Shown here piece after piece: positions 53,501 through 64,000 of a stretch of 64,000 nt of DNA. Position numbers and translations under genes: made by a program. Under the pieces are notes generated by a model. It was not told where the DNA came from. It did no database searches and saw only the letters and a list, made by a program, of their open reading frames with translations. Numbering within the stretch: the stretch's first letter is position 1; each line of letters begins with the position of its first letter. This DNA comes from Antedon mediterranea (lineage: Eukaryota > Animalia > Echinodermata): positions 33,114,437 through 33,178,436 of the forward strand of contig NC_092672.1 of NCBI RefSeq assembly GCF_964355755.1, written 5' to 3'.

Positions 53501-53589
53501 TTAGCTATAAAGTTCGGAGACTCATAATGCCTCTAGGTTTAAAATCTGATTATACCAAATAGTTGTGCCCTCTTAAGCTGTCATGTCTA

Positions 53590-53870
53590 CCACTATCAAA
53601 CTAAACTTTGAAAAAGTGTGATATGCCAAAATATGGTAGCGATTATGCTTAAATATGGTAGCGATATGCTTAAATATGGTAGCGATATGCTTAAATATGG
53701 TAGCGATATGCTTAAATATGGTAGCGATATGCTTAAATATGGTATTGATATCAAAGATTGTATTATGTATCGGCGCTATACAATCTTTGGTGATACGGCC
53801 AAATGTGGTAATTATATGACATCATCAAGTCCATGGGCACGTCAATAAAGTTTGATAGTGTAGAAAGAGT
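53590..53870. mobile_element. MITE family (tacactatcaaact...agtttgatagtgta) with a 21-bp internal tandem repeat
   Basis: Inverted termini; (aaatatggtagcgatatgctt)n at ~53630-53745; relatives at ~54400-54523, ~58780-58930 and ~62802-62940. Confidence 0.72.
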
Positions 53871-54019
53871 TGCAGACTACAGATTTATATTGTCTCTAAC
53901 ATTCTCTCCACAATGATTCATCAACCAATAATATTTTGCCATGGATTTATAATCTTTATGTATAAATATTATCTACAAATGCCAATTACGTATATCAACG
54001 AATAGTAACAATATAAGTG

Positions 54020-54334
54020 TTAGTTAAATAACATTCGAATGATCTCAACATTGTTCGCAGTAGCATACTGCTGGACGGTCGGTGGAACTGTTGCATCTTT
54101 GCCGATGGCGAGTACCAGTATAGCCTTTTTTCCTTTTGCGGTGGCCACTAGTTGGTCAATACAAGCTTGGTTAATTCGTGGTTGAGATTTGGCTTCCCAT
54201 ACTTGTGTGACGTTCACGACAAAATCGGCTTGCCTTCTATTCATTGGTACTTCTGATTTGACGTAAGCCTTGCCAAAGCTAGCACGCAAATATTTCCCAA
54301 CTTGTTTTTGAAACCAATATCCACGATTTGCCAT
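54020..54334 (-). CDS. Small PD-(D/E)XK/Mrr-like nuclease-domain protein, subtype A2, 104 aa
   Basis: Intact ORF with GYWFQKQVGKYL, ADFVV, VWEAK, INQACIDQ; acceptor ~54347; leader donor ~54771-54777. Confidence 0.82.
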   Translation of the reverse strand: MANRGYWFQKQVGKYLRASFGKAYVKSEVPMNRRQADFVVNVTQVWEAKSQPRINQACIDQLVATAKGKKAILVLAIGKDATVPPTVQQYATANNVEIIRMLFN

Positions 54335-56788
54335 TTTGTTGTATTTCTGTAAAGAAGAAAGGTCTACCGATCACATTTTTTGGCCTGGTGACATTCTAAG
54401 CTTTGTCTACACTATCAAACTTTTTATGATTTTCCCATATATGGACATGATGATGTCATATCACTACCATATTTGGGCAAATCACACTTTTTTTGATAAA
54501 CTAGTTTGATAGTGTATACAGAGCTTTTATAGGTCGCTCTGGAGTGTGGAAGATTTGAAAATAGTGGAAGGGGAGGAACACTAGTGGATGGATAAGCAAG
54601 ACTGTGAACCACAGCGATTTTAATTGCTTTTGCTTATCCTTGCCTCCTTAGATTTCCACCTGTCTTGTTTCTGTTACCTATGTTTTAAATGTATTTCATT
54701 TTAAAGGCTAAATAAAGAATGAATGAATGAATGAACACAGTGTGATTAATAATTCATACTAAAAAGTACACATACCTTTAGATTATGTTTCTAAAATTCT
54801 TTCTTCTTATTCTGCAATTGTTGAATTTTAAAGTGAAGTGCTGACGGACACGATCGAATTATTCTAATTTCCTCCTGTCAAAACTTTAAATATCTTATAT
54901 TTACAGATAAAATATACATAGAAATTATGTTTGCTCTGAGATAACAAGAACATATAAATAAAAACTAACAAAAATATTAAAATTGTGTCACTTCCACTCT
55001 CGTACGTTATACTAACAAACATTCAGTGCTGTTAAACATTAGGAAATTATCTAAAAACAGCACTGATAGAATAAACTCTGAATAGTTGTTTAAATATTAA
55101 AACATTGTATATACTTCTGGAAAAACCAATAACTAGCAATGTCATATTGTTTGTATGAATTGTCATTTCCTTAACGTATTAGGCCTACTGTATTATTCCG
55201 GTATTTTACTGTTAATTGTCAAATCAAACTTATGTGACATAATGTAAACAAGTTTAAAACAATACAACTATTTTATTTCGTTAAAACTTTTGAAATTAAC
55301 AAAGTTTAAAAAAATGGGCATTTGTATTATATAAGACCTTTACATTTTATCATAGGCCCTATATTATTCTGATATAAATTATACTTATTTACAGTCATTT
55401 ATAATCAGAAATTTCTGTGACAGCTAGTACTTACTTCTTTTAACAAAATAAATAAACTTTGTTTTGTGGAAGAACCTACCTAGGCCTATAGAATAGAATT
55501 AGGCGTCTTTCATTATTTTTATAGCTCCCGGCCGGTCGTCCGGCAAATAAAATCGCATCTCAATGTTTCGTTTTCACGACGCTCCACGCGGCTATGCGCC
55601 AATCGTTTTACGCGATATGCGCGTAGCCGGTACCAATGACGCGAACCTTAAGTATGACATTATTTGATCGGGTTTTAAAAGACTGCATAAATGTTTATCC
55701 TATAGTTCTAACCTGTCTAATTTCTTTTGTTTATGTATTCACATTTTCTTCGGGCAATACTTAAATATAAATATATTAATGTTGTTGAATACTGTATTAG
55801 AATATTATCTAAAAAATTTATGATTGGATAAAACTCTTCTTGTGATGATACAGAAACTATGAATATGTTCAAATATTAAAACATTTTAATCGTGGAAAAA
55901 CCAAAGCTAGCTATGTATAATGTATTTGTGAGAATTGTCATTTCCTTACTGATTATTTTTATCCTTTATAACTACGGGTATTTGTCATTGTGTTTAAAAG
56001 AAAACAAAGTAAGTCCTACCTGGAGTTCCAATTGATTAAGAAAACACATTATAATTGATTAATAGTATAATCTTGCAATATATAATGTGTTGTCTTTAAT
56101 CAATTGAAACTCCAGGTAGGACTTTGTTTTGTGGGATAATCTTTGTTAACATCAACTCATAGTTAACTTATAGCATTTTAACAATAAAACATATTTGGTA
56201 TTACTTAGGTGTGTTTTTAGTTAGAAATAGTGATGGTATTGGAGTTGTGGCTTGGTGGTTATGATGCTTGGCTACCACTCCAATGGTCCGGGGTTTAAGT
56301 CCCATCACATGTCAGGATTTTTTCTAAGGACCAAATTACTCCACTCCCAAAGACTTGTAACAAGACTTTGTTTATGTAGAGCATCTTGTGAAATGTTTGT
56401 CTTGTGAACCTCCGAGGGTCCCTAATGATTAGCAATAGCTGGATGGATCACCCTCATTAAATATGGTTAAATAATAAAATAAATTATAATATAATAATAA
56501 TAATAATCATAATAATAACTGACATATTTTTCTCCAAAAAAAAAAGAAGCTTTCGATTTAGCTTTACAATTAGGCCTATTAAAAATACATTTCTAAATTA
56601 CACATTATTATGCTCATCACCTTCATCAATTCTAATTTGTTTTTTCAATTACGTTTTGTTAAAACTGCACCAATAACTCGCCCTACACACTATATATCTA
56701 AACTATTGTCAATGAAATGAAACTGAAATTTTAATTTTTACTCTTAGTATAACAATGTATTTAGATAGATTGTTATAATGCAGTAATG

Positions 56789-57097
56789 TTAATTGAATGT
56801 CATTCTACAGATGATAACATGTTTATCCTTTGCATACTTCTCGACGTGTTCCGAAACTCTTGCATCTTTCCCGATGGCGAGTATAGCCTTTTTACCTCCT
56901 GCAGTATCCACTAGCTGGTCAACACAATCTGTTTCAATTTTTGGCTAAGATTTGGCTTCCCATACTTGATTACCCATGACTAGAAAATCAGCTTGCCTAC
57001 CATTCATTTTTACATGTTCCTTGACTTGGGTCTTGCCGTGTTCCGTACGCAAAAATTCTCCAACTTTTTTCTGAAACTCATATCCATGGTTCGCCAT
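56789..57097 (-). pseudogene. Small nuclease-domain gene with a single premature stop
   Basis: MANHGYEFQKKVGEFLRTEHGKTQVKEHVKMNGRQADFLVMGNQVWEAKS*PKIETDCVDQLVDTAGGKKAILAIGKDARVSEHVEKYAKDKHVIICRMTFN; TAG at 56945-56947 where A-type paralogs have Gln. Confidence 0.85.
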
Positions 57098-57952
57098 TTT
57101 GTTTGTAATTTTTCTGTAAACAAAGTTATTTTGCTAGAATGATTAATTGAGCTGGGACGCAGAAACGCATATGGGAAGAAAGGGAATTAGAATGCGAACC
57201 CTATTCAGTGGCCTATTATATCGGTGGTGTAAATCGTCTAAAATCATGATAATAAAATATACGGGTTTTTAAATTGAAAATCATGGCTCTTTATTGTTGC
57301 GCGCAACCCAATTATATAGATAGAAAATGGCAGCCCTTAGGTTTTGCATCGTTTAGCTTGAGCACGATCAATAGTGAATGCAGTTGTTATTATTGTTCAC
57401 AATACTGTATAGTATATACACAAACATTGTATTGTAACACGCAGGAATGGTTATCAACAACACTTATTATGTTCCATTGCTATGGTTATTCCATGCACCT
57501 ATAATTAGAAGTAGTAGGCCTACTAATGTATAGGTACTTGGTTATTCCAACAAAAGCCATCGCCTAAGCAAATCATCAGGCTCATCGTCTGTTTACAACA
57601 AGTTAGACCTACAATTGTTATTATGCATTATAGTTTATTAGAATAATTGCTAACATAACCTGTTATTAAATAATATTGAATTGCATCCAAATTCCTCATG
57701 TTTAATCAAGTTCAAATCTGAATTTCGTTGTAACATACAGTAGCCTACGTTATTTAGATTTTCCCACAGATTATTAATATTTTCTGCATGGTAACAACGT
57801 AAATTAATAAATAAAAACATAATACAACGCTCACCTTTAAAATTAAAAACGTTTCTAAAATGTTAGAATGGTTTTAAAGGATGTGGAATTGGGTTGATGA
57901 AACACGCCGACTATTAAACGTAAAAGTGCCTATAGGCCTACTAAAATACCAG

Positions 57953-58035
57953 TGCTGATTGGATAGAATTGTTCCCGTGATAGGAATATACATATTTTGT
58001 CTAAGAATAAACATTACATCATTCTGGAAAAACCA
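57953..58035 (-). promoter_or_regulatory. Shared promoter module (extra half-module at 58406-58428)
   Basis: gctgattggatagaattgttcccgtgatag...cattacatcattctggaaaaacc; leader donor ctcacct at ~57830. Confidence 0.72.
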
Positions 58036-59109
58036 ATAAGGGCTTAAATATAGAACTGATCGTTAAATTCTTGTTTTCCAGCCCTCTGTAGGTTACTCAA
58101 CAAATATAATAATTAGATTCATTGTGTAGCTTTTAATTCTTTTTAATCTTGTAAAGCAATACTACCAATATTTGTTTTTAATGCATGCTAATAAGAATAT
58201 ATTGGAAATGTGTTACATTTTTTTATCTAACAAAAAAATATTTTCAATTTTAATTTTTAACTTTTGTAAATCAGTATTTGAAATTTAGCCTTATAGTGTA
58301 ATAAGGTAGATTTTTAATAAAAGCCGAATTTATATATATATATATGATTTACAATATCATTCCAAAACTATAAGATAAAATCATGCACATGACATAGATA
58401 ATGGACATTACGTCATTCTGGAAAAACCAGCGATATGGCATAAAATAAAAATACAGGTACTTGAGTTTATTTGTATTCGATAAACCAAAACAACAAAACA
58501 CTCAAAGCATATTTCATCCAGGGGCAGCCTGGTATATTGTAGATCCGAAGAAGGTGGGGGGTATTTCCAAATTTCCCAAAAAGTAATTTGTAAATTATTA
58601 ATATATAACAAAGTCAATCATAATCGATCACGGATTTCCATTAAAAATAATAGAAAGAACGAAAGTGGATATAAACGTAAAAAATAAAAGAAATATAAGT
58701 GTGGACAGAGACCAAAAAGCTTGAAACCTTTATATTACGGCTTGACCATCGGTTAAACTAAGGCTCATGCCTACGGCCCTACACTATCAAACTAGTTTGA
58801 CAAAAAAGTGTGATGTGCCAAAATATGGTAGTGATATGGCCAAATGTGGTAGAGATATAACATCATCATGTACATATTTGGGCACATCACATTATTTTTT
58901 CACATAAAGTTTGATAGTGTAGACAGAGCTAAGAGTTACAATAACAAATTAAAACGGATTGTAATCATCATAATTGTAGGCGTCACCCAACAATATGTAT
59001 GTAGTATACTAAACTTTGCAATAATTAACACATAATACAGTTATTTCTGCGTTTGGTAAAATTTTATTTTCTTACTAAATAAATTATCTTTTATTTTTGA
59101 GCAGAACAG

Positions 59110-59418
59110 TTAGTTGAACGACATTCGGACAACTTCTACGCCGTTAGTTGCAGCATGCTGCAAAACGGTTTGCGAAATAGACGCATCTCTCCCGATAGCA
59201 AGTACAGGTTTCCCCACTCCACTTGCAATTCTTGCTGCTTGAAAAACATACTCCTTTTCAATCTTCGATGAAGACTTGGCCTCCCATATCTGGTTGTTGC
59301 CACAGACAAAATCGGCGTAACTGCCGTTCATTGGTACCTGTGATCTCACGCCACTGTATCGGCTGCGCAGATAGTTGCCAACTTGCCCCTCAAATGATGC
59401 TCCATGGTTATACGCCAT
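59110..59418 (-). CDS. Small PD-(D/E)XK/Mrr-like nuclease-domain protein, subtype B, 102 aa
   Basis: MAYNHGASFEGQVGNYL...YADFVCGNNQIWEAKSSSKIEKEYVFQ...; acceptor ~59428; leader donor ~59594-59600. Confidence 0.82.
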   Translation of the reverse strand: MAYNHGASFEGQVGNYLRSRYSGVRSQVPMNGSYADFVCGNNQIWEAKSSSKIEKEYVFQAARIASGVGKPVLAIGRDASISQTVLQHAATNGVEVVRMSFN

Positions 59419-59747
59419 TATTTTTGTCTGAAGAAATAACATTTGTTTAGAGTCAAGAATAATGCCCAGCTACCCTCTGCAAACATCTTAGAATCTGGAA
59501 TTAATATTCTACAACCGAACCCAATAATGCGTTTTACAAAACAATCTATTTTCAGTTATGAATGTAAAAATAGTTTATCGATAATAATTTAAACTTACCT
59601 TCAGAATTGTTGCCAACAAACCTAACAAACAAGTTTTTGTTATTACAGTATTAAAAAGTGTAACTGCTGAGCTAGCGATCGATAAAAAAACGAGTTATAG
59701 TAAAGCGTGCTGCGTTCTTTGCTTATAAAGAAATGATTTCAAACCTG

Positions 59748-59808
59748 TGATTGGATAAAATCCTACTCGTGACGCAGATAATGTACATTACGTCATTCTG
59801 GAAAAACC
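59748..59808 (-). promoter_or_regulatory. Shared promoter module
   Basis: tgattggataaaa...cattacgtcattctggaaaaacc. Confidence 0.72.
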
Positions 59809-60775
59809 AACTATATGGCATCACAGATGTATTTGTATTACGATAAACTGAAACAACGACACATTTTCGATGCACTTATAGATTTATGGAAAGATTATAT
59901 TATCTTTCAAATCCCATTTGTTTTGTGTTTTTATATTTTTCTTGTTAATCCTGTAAACGTTTGCTATAGTACTATGAATGTACATTATATTATTTATTTA
60001 TTTATTTATTTATTTGTATTGCATACGCATCCAACAGCGAGCAACTCGCCAAATACAGAACGAATAAGCTATTTCATAATTCATCGGGCTTATAAACTAA
60101 ATCTCATTTGAGGCCAGGGAATGGAGTTCAAAGAGTCGTGAGTCCTAGCAATACTGCAGGTCAGGATCGAACTCTGGACCAATAGCTTCACGCAATACAA
60201 CTACAGTACCAACAAAATTAAATTAAATTATAGGCAATAATTACTAGTAAACAAAAAAAAAACCAATGGATCATAAGTTGATCCAGGGAAGAGTTAAATT
60301 ACACTCTTCCCTGGTTGACCATAAAAGGTGTGATGTGAGACTAATTTTGGAAAAACCCAAGTCCGGCAGATAATATAATAGAGATAACGCGAGTATGCCA
60401 AGTGTGTCCTTATTGGTTTTCGATTTCATACTCTTGGCTTCCCCTGTCTTTTTTGTTCAGTTTCAAAATGTTGTTTAAAAAATAGAATCTTATACATTGA
60501 TTAATGGCTTAACAATTAACTTAATACAAGCTTTAAAAATCAAACATTTATCATAGAAATCATTTAAAAGTAAAAAACCCAAATTTTGAAATGCACGTGA
60601 AGACTTTCCGCGCGAACCGTTTATTACGATGTTATCATATACACAAACAATGTGCGCGTACCACTATCCAAACAGGTTCGTAGAAAGTGGTATTCACCAA
60701 GTTTCGCGTGAGGTGTAAATCGTATAAAAACAACCTCTGAAACAACTTTTATCCAATAGCATTCCCAAAATTGGG

Positions 60776-63543
60776 TCACATGATAATATTGTCGCTATGG
60801 TGATGAGGTGAGCAGCGACTGAACATCTGCTGTACAGTTCTGCTGAATCTGATCTGCAGTGCTTCCCAGGTAGTGAGATACTGCTTCTGAAATTCAACAA
60901 GATAATTGGCCTGATAAGCTACGATACAATGTTATGAAAATATTTACTTGGCAAAATAGAATTTTGCGAAGTATAGGCCTAGTAGGTCTAGGCCTACTTG
61001 CTTTGTTTGTTAGCACGATAGCGCTTAGAATTTTCAAGTTTTCATTCTGAACATTTCGGTTTAAATATCCCTATATATTGCCTATTGAAATTCAAGAAAA
61101 TCGGTTCATTAATAATATAACTGTAAAAAATGTGTTATTCTTTTAACATGGGCCGTAATATCAAAATACGCCCTCTCTGACAATATTTTGCAAAGTACTT
61201 CACTCGGTTTCTGAGTGCTTTCAGTTAACGGTATTAATAAATCGTATAAAAAACGACAACAGCATAATTATGACTTAACAACGACGAACAAACTAATGTG
61301 AACATTAAATTTCATACCCTGTCACGTGTTCGTAGAGATGCCTTGTTGTCTTTGTAAGACGCCCATGCGCACTCCAATATCAAAGCAAAAACTGCGATCA
61401 GAAATCCTAAATACATGACGTAGAAGACACCGGCCATCATCATAAAGTTCATCTTGCTACTGGAGGTACCAGCTGAAAACGAATACAATTATTCAAATCT
61501 CCCTCTTAAGCTTAGTTCCCACTAGAGACGCAACACAAGGACGACACGCAACGTAAGCGAGTTGACCAATCACAAGCGATTGATTATTCAAACTCTCGCT
61601 TGTCATTGGTCAACACGCTTGCGTTGTGTTTGCGTCCTTGCGTTGCTTCCAAGTAGGAACAAATCTTTATACAAGAAATAAATATAGTAGTAATCTGTTT
61701 CTATTAGTTATATATTAAGGCCAATTTCACAGACGAGCGGTAACGATAAGCGGAAATCGCATAGGCTTGTCCCACGTAGAATCTGTATCTATCCTGAGTG
61801 GAAACCATTCGCTCAGTCAATGATCATATGGAATAACATACATTCTATATTTATATTACCGTCACCGCTCGTCTGTGTACATTTGACTTTAGCTAGATTT
61901 GACTTAATATTGGTGAAAATATATTATTTTGGCACACATTGCGTTGAGACAAATCCGAAATTTAATAATTATAATAAGAGACTTTCGGCAAGTCTTCTGA
62001 GGATTTATGAAAAAATATATAAATAGATATAAAAACAATTATTTTTGGTATTATATTTCTGAAATAGGCCTATATCTTTGGAGTGAAACACGCATTAAGT
62101 AAAATTTTTTCTTACAAGTACTACGGCTAGGACACACCCCTCCGAAATATTTCTCTGTCAGCTCGTCGATGAAGCCCTCCTGTCTTAGACGCAATATTTC
62201 CCGCTCGAAGCGAATTCGAAACAACGATCCCTTCGGAAGTCCTAGCCCGTAGCCTAATTTTCCAAACAAACCCCCGACTGTCATGACGTCACACGGTTCT
62301 TGATTAGCCACGTAATCCAGGACAGAGGAGTCCCATATGAACGAGTAGTTTCCTTGGCGGACTCGTGCAATGCCGTCGTCGGAGTTGTCGGCATATGTGT
62401 CGTATTGACGCATGAAGCCCGACATATCCTGAAAGAGCTCCAGTTTGGCGCTCTGGAAGTAAGACTGGGGCTGGCTGTTTCGTGTCGTTCCATACTTAAT
62501 CTCCGTCTGATCCGCCAAATCCTCAATTGAGCTAATCCCTATAAAAGAAAGATTATTATCGTTCACAACTGAAATGGTTACGTATACCTGGCCATGTAAA
62601 AACGTCATATAACGTTACGTCAAAAAAAGTATTATAAAACCTGTGTCCATCCGGGATACTGTAAAGAAAGCTGCAAGATTGGCAGTATACGTTGAGATTA
62701 TGATGGTGACGGCGATCCACCAGCAACCGGCCACCACACGGCCAGGTGGTGATCTCGACTGCGAGTCTGCACCCTGTCAATTAGACAAACAATGTTTTGA
62801 GCTCTGTCTGCGCTATGAAACTTTATGTGACAAAAAACAATTATGTGCCCATTATGGAGATGATGATGTCATATCATTACCATATTTGGGCATATCACTA
62901 CCATATTTCGGCACATCACACTAGTTTGATAGACAGAGCTTATTTGCATGAGTACGTCAATAAAGATTGGTTCCCAATTGGACGCAATGCAAGGACGTAG
63001 ACGCACCGTAAGTGAGTTGACCAATCACAAGTGATGGATTATTCGAATTGTCATTAGTCAATGACGCTTGATTTGCGTTTACGTCCTTGCGTTGCGTCCT
63101 AGTGGTAATCAAACTTTACGAATAATACGCAAGCGAAAATGGAAAAAAAAGAAGCTAATACTAAACTATTATATAGGCCTATTATATACCTGTTGCACGA
63201 GAGAAGCATACGAAAACCACAGTGATTGGTACATATTCAACGCGTTCCTCGTATCGTATTCCGACATATCGTCGGGTTCTGCGCGCGTCAAGTACGCGCC
63301 GTAGTAACCATGTGGACTCAAGTAGCTACAGACGGAGATGACGACACCGACGAGAAACGTGGCCGCGATGACAATTATCCATAGTAGCGGTTCAAACGGT
63401 TGAAGAAAGGCAAAGAGATCAACTTCGGGGTATTCGACCTTCATCAGGAAAGTTAAGCCCAAGTCAAGATACGGTTTGGTGAAGTCGATAACTTGCTGTC
63501 GTTCGTAACTGATTGTAAAAGGCGCAACAGCGATGTCTGCCCT
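60776..63543 (-). CDS. Ionotropic glutamate receptor, 3' exons (5' part outside the window)
   Basis: Exons 63543-63190, 62773-62641, 62538-62116, 61472-61318 and 60910-60776 (last one less certain). [24 protein letters not shown] (S1), FAFLQPF-M1, LWF-M2, TYTANLAAF (M3), [12 protein letters not shown] (S2), GVFYV (M4). Confidence 0.93.
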
Positions 63544-64000
63544 CTGAAATAATAATGCAATTTATTATTAAAACAGTGTTTAAGCTTAGCCCATTTTTAA
63601 TCGTGGTTCTCACTACAGGGTCAACGCAACAACTTAGACGAAGTGAGTAACAAAAGCGACAGTTGGAATCTTGTGATTGGTCAAATCACTTGTGTTGCAC
63701 TAACGTCCTTACGTTGGGTATCTAGTGGGAACCAACCAAGCATTATTTACCTCTTTCAAACCGCCGTCAGCAAAACTCCGAAGTTGCGTGGGGAGAGTGC
63801 GTCTGGAACGTGTGTGTGTGTGAGCTGCAGAGTTTTTCTAGGCGATGTGTGAAAGGGTAGAAGAATAATCTCCAACGTATAACTAGTTTTTAAGGCTTGT
63901 TCCTACAGCAACTTGTCAAATACCTGTACATGTACTTTTTAATATCCTTCAATTTTCTAATAGTAAAACAAATAATACATACCCCATACACTAGCTCCCC

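Noticed and set aside
56945-56947. Programmed readthrough of the in-frame TAG
   Set aside because: A simple CAG-to-TAG change explains it; no supporting recoding signal seen.
24421-59418. Bacterial contamination or operon as the source of the nuclease-like ORFs
   Set aside because: Copies have spliceosomal signals and CCAAT promoters, are interleaved with animal TEs, and there is no methyltransferase or operon-like packing.
63750-63925. Further upstream iGluR exon ending at a donor-like site near 63750
   Set aside because: The frame needed to join the next exon contains a stop and lacks the expected S1 motifs.

Overview
AT-rich, intron-containing animal DNA, probably a marine invertebrate (taxon not determinable here). 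From left to right: (1) 1-22.3 kb, a tandem array of five reeler-domain genes (three intact, signal peptide plus probable GPI tail; two frameshifted, truncated pseudogenes) on a ~7.7-8.7 kb segmental duplication. (2) 24.4-59.8 kb, a minus-strand cluster of at least 8 copies (4 intact) of an intronless ~102-105 aa protein with the motif layout of a minimal PD-(D/E)XK, Mrr-like restriction-endonuclease domain. Most copies have a spliced non-coding leader and a shared promoter module with Rel/NFAT-like, C/EBP-ATF and CCAAT motifs. This is the main candidate for an undescribed system. (3) 29.5-53.5 kb, nested transposons splitting that cluster: an EnSpm/CACTA-type element inserted just upstream of a two-ORF CR1/L2-group LINE, a Penelope-like element with two nested DNA transposons, and Harbinger-like MITEs with a truncated LINE. 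(4) 60.8-63.5 kb, the 3' exons of an ionotropic glutamate receptor on the minus strand. All family calls come from reading motifs by eye; no database searches were run.
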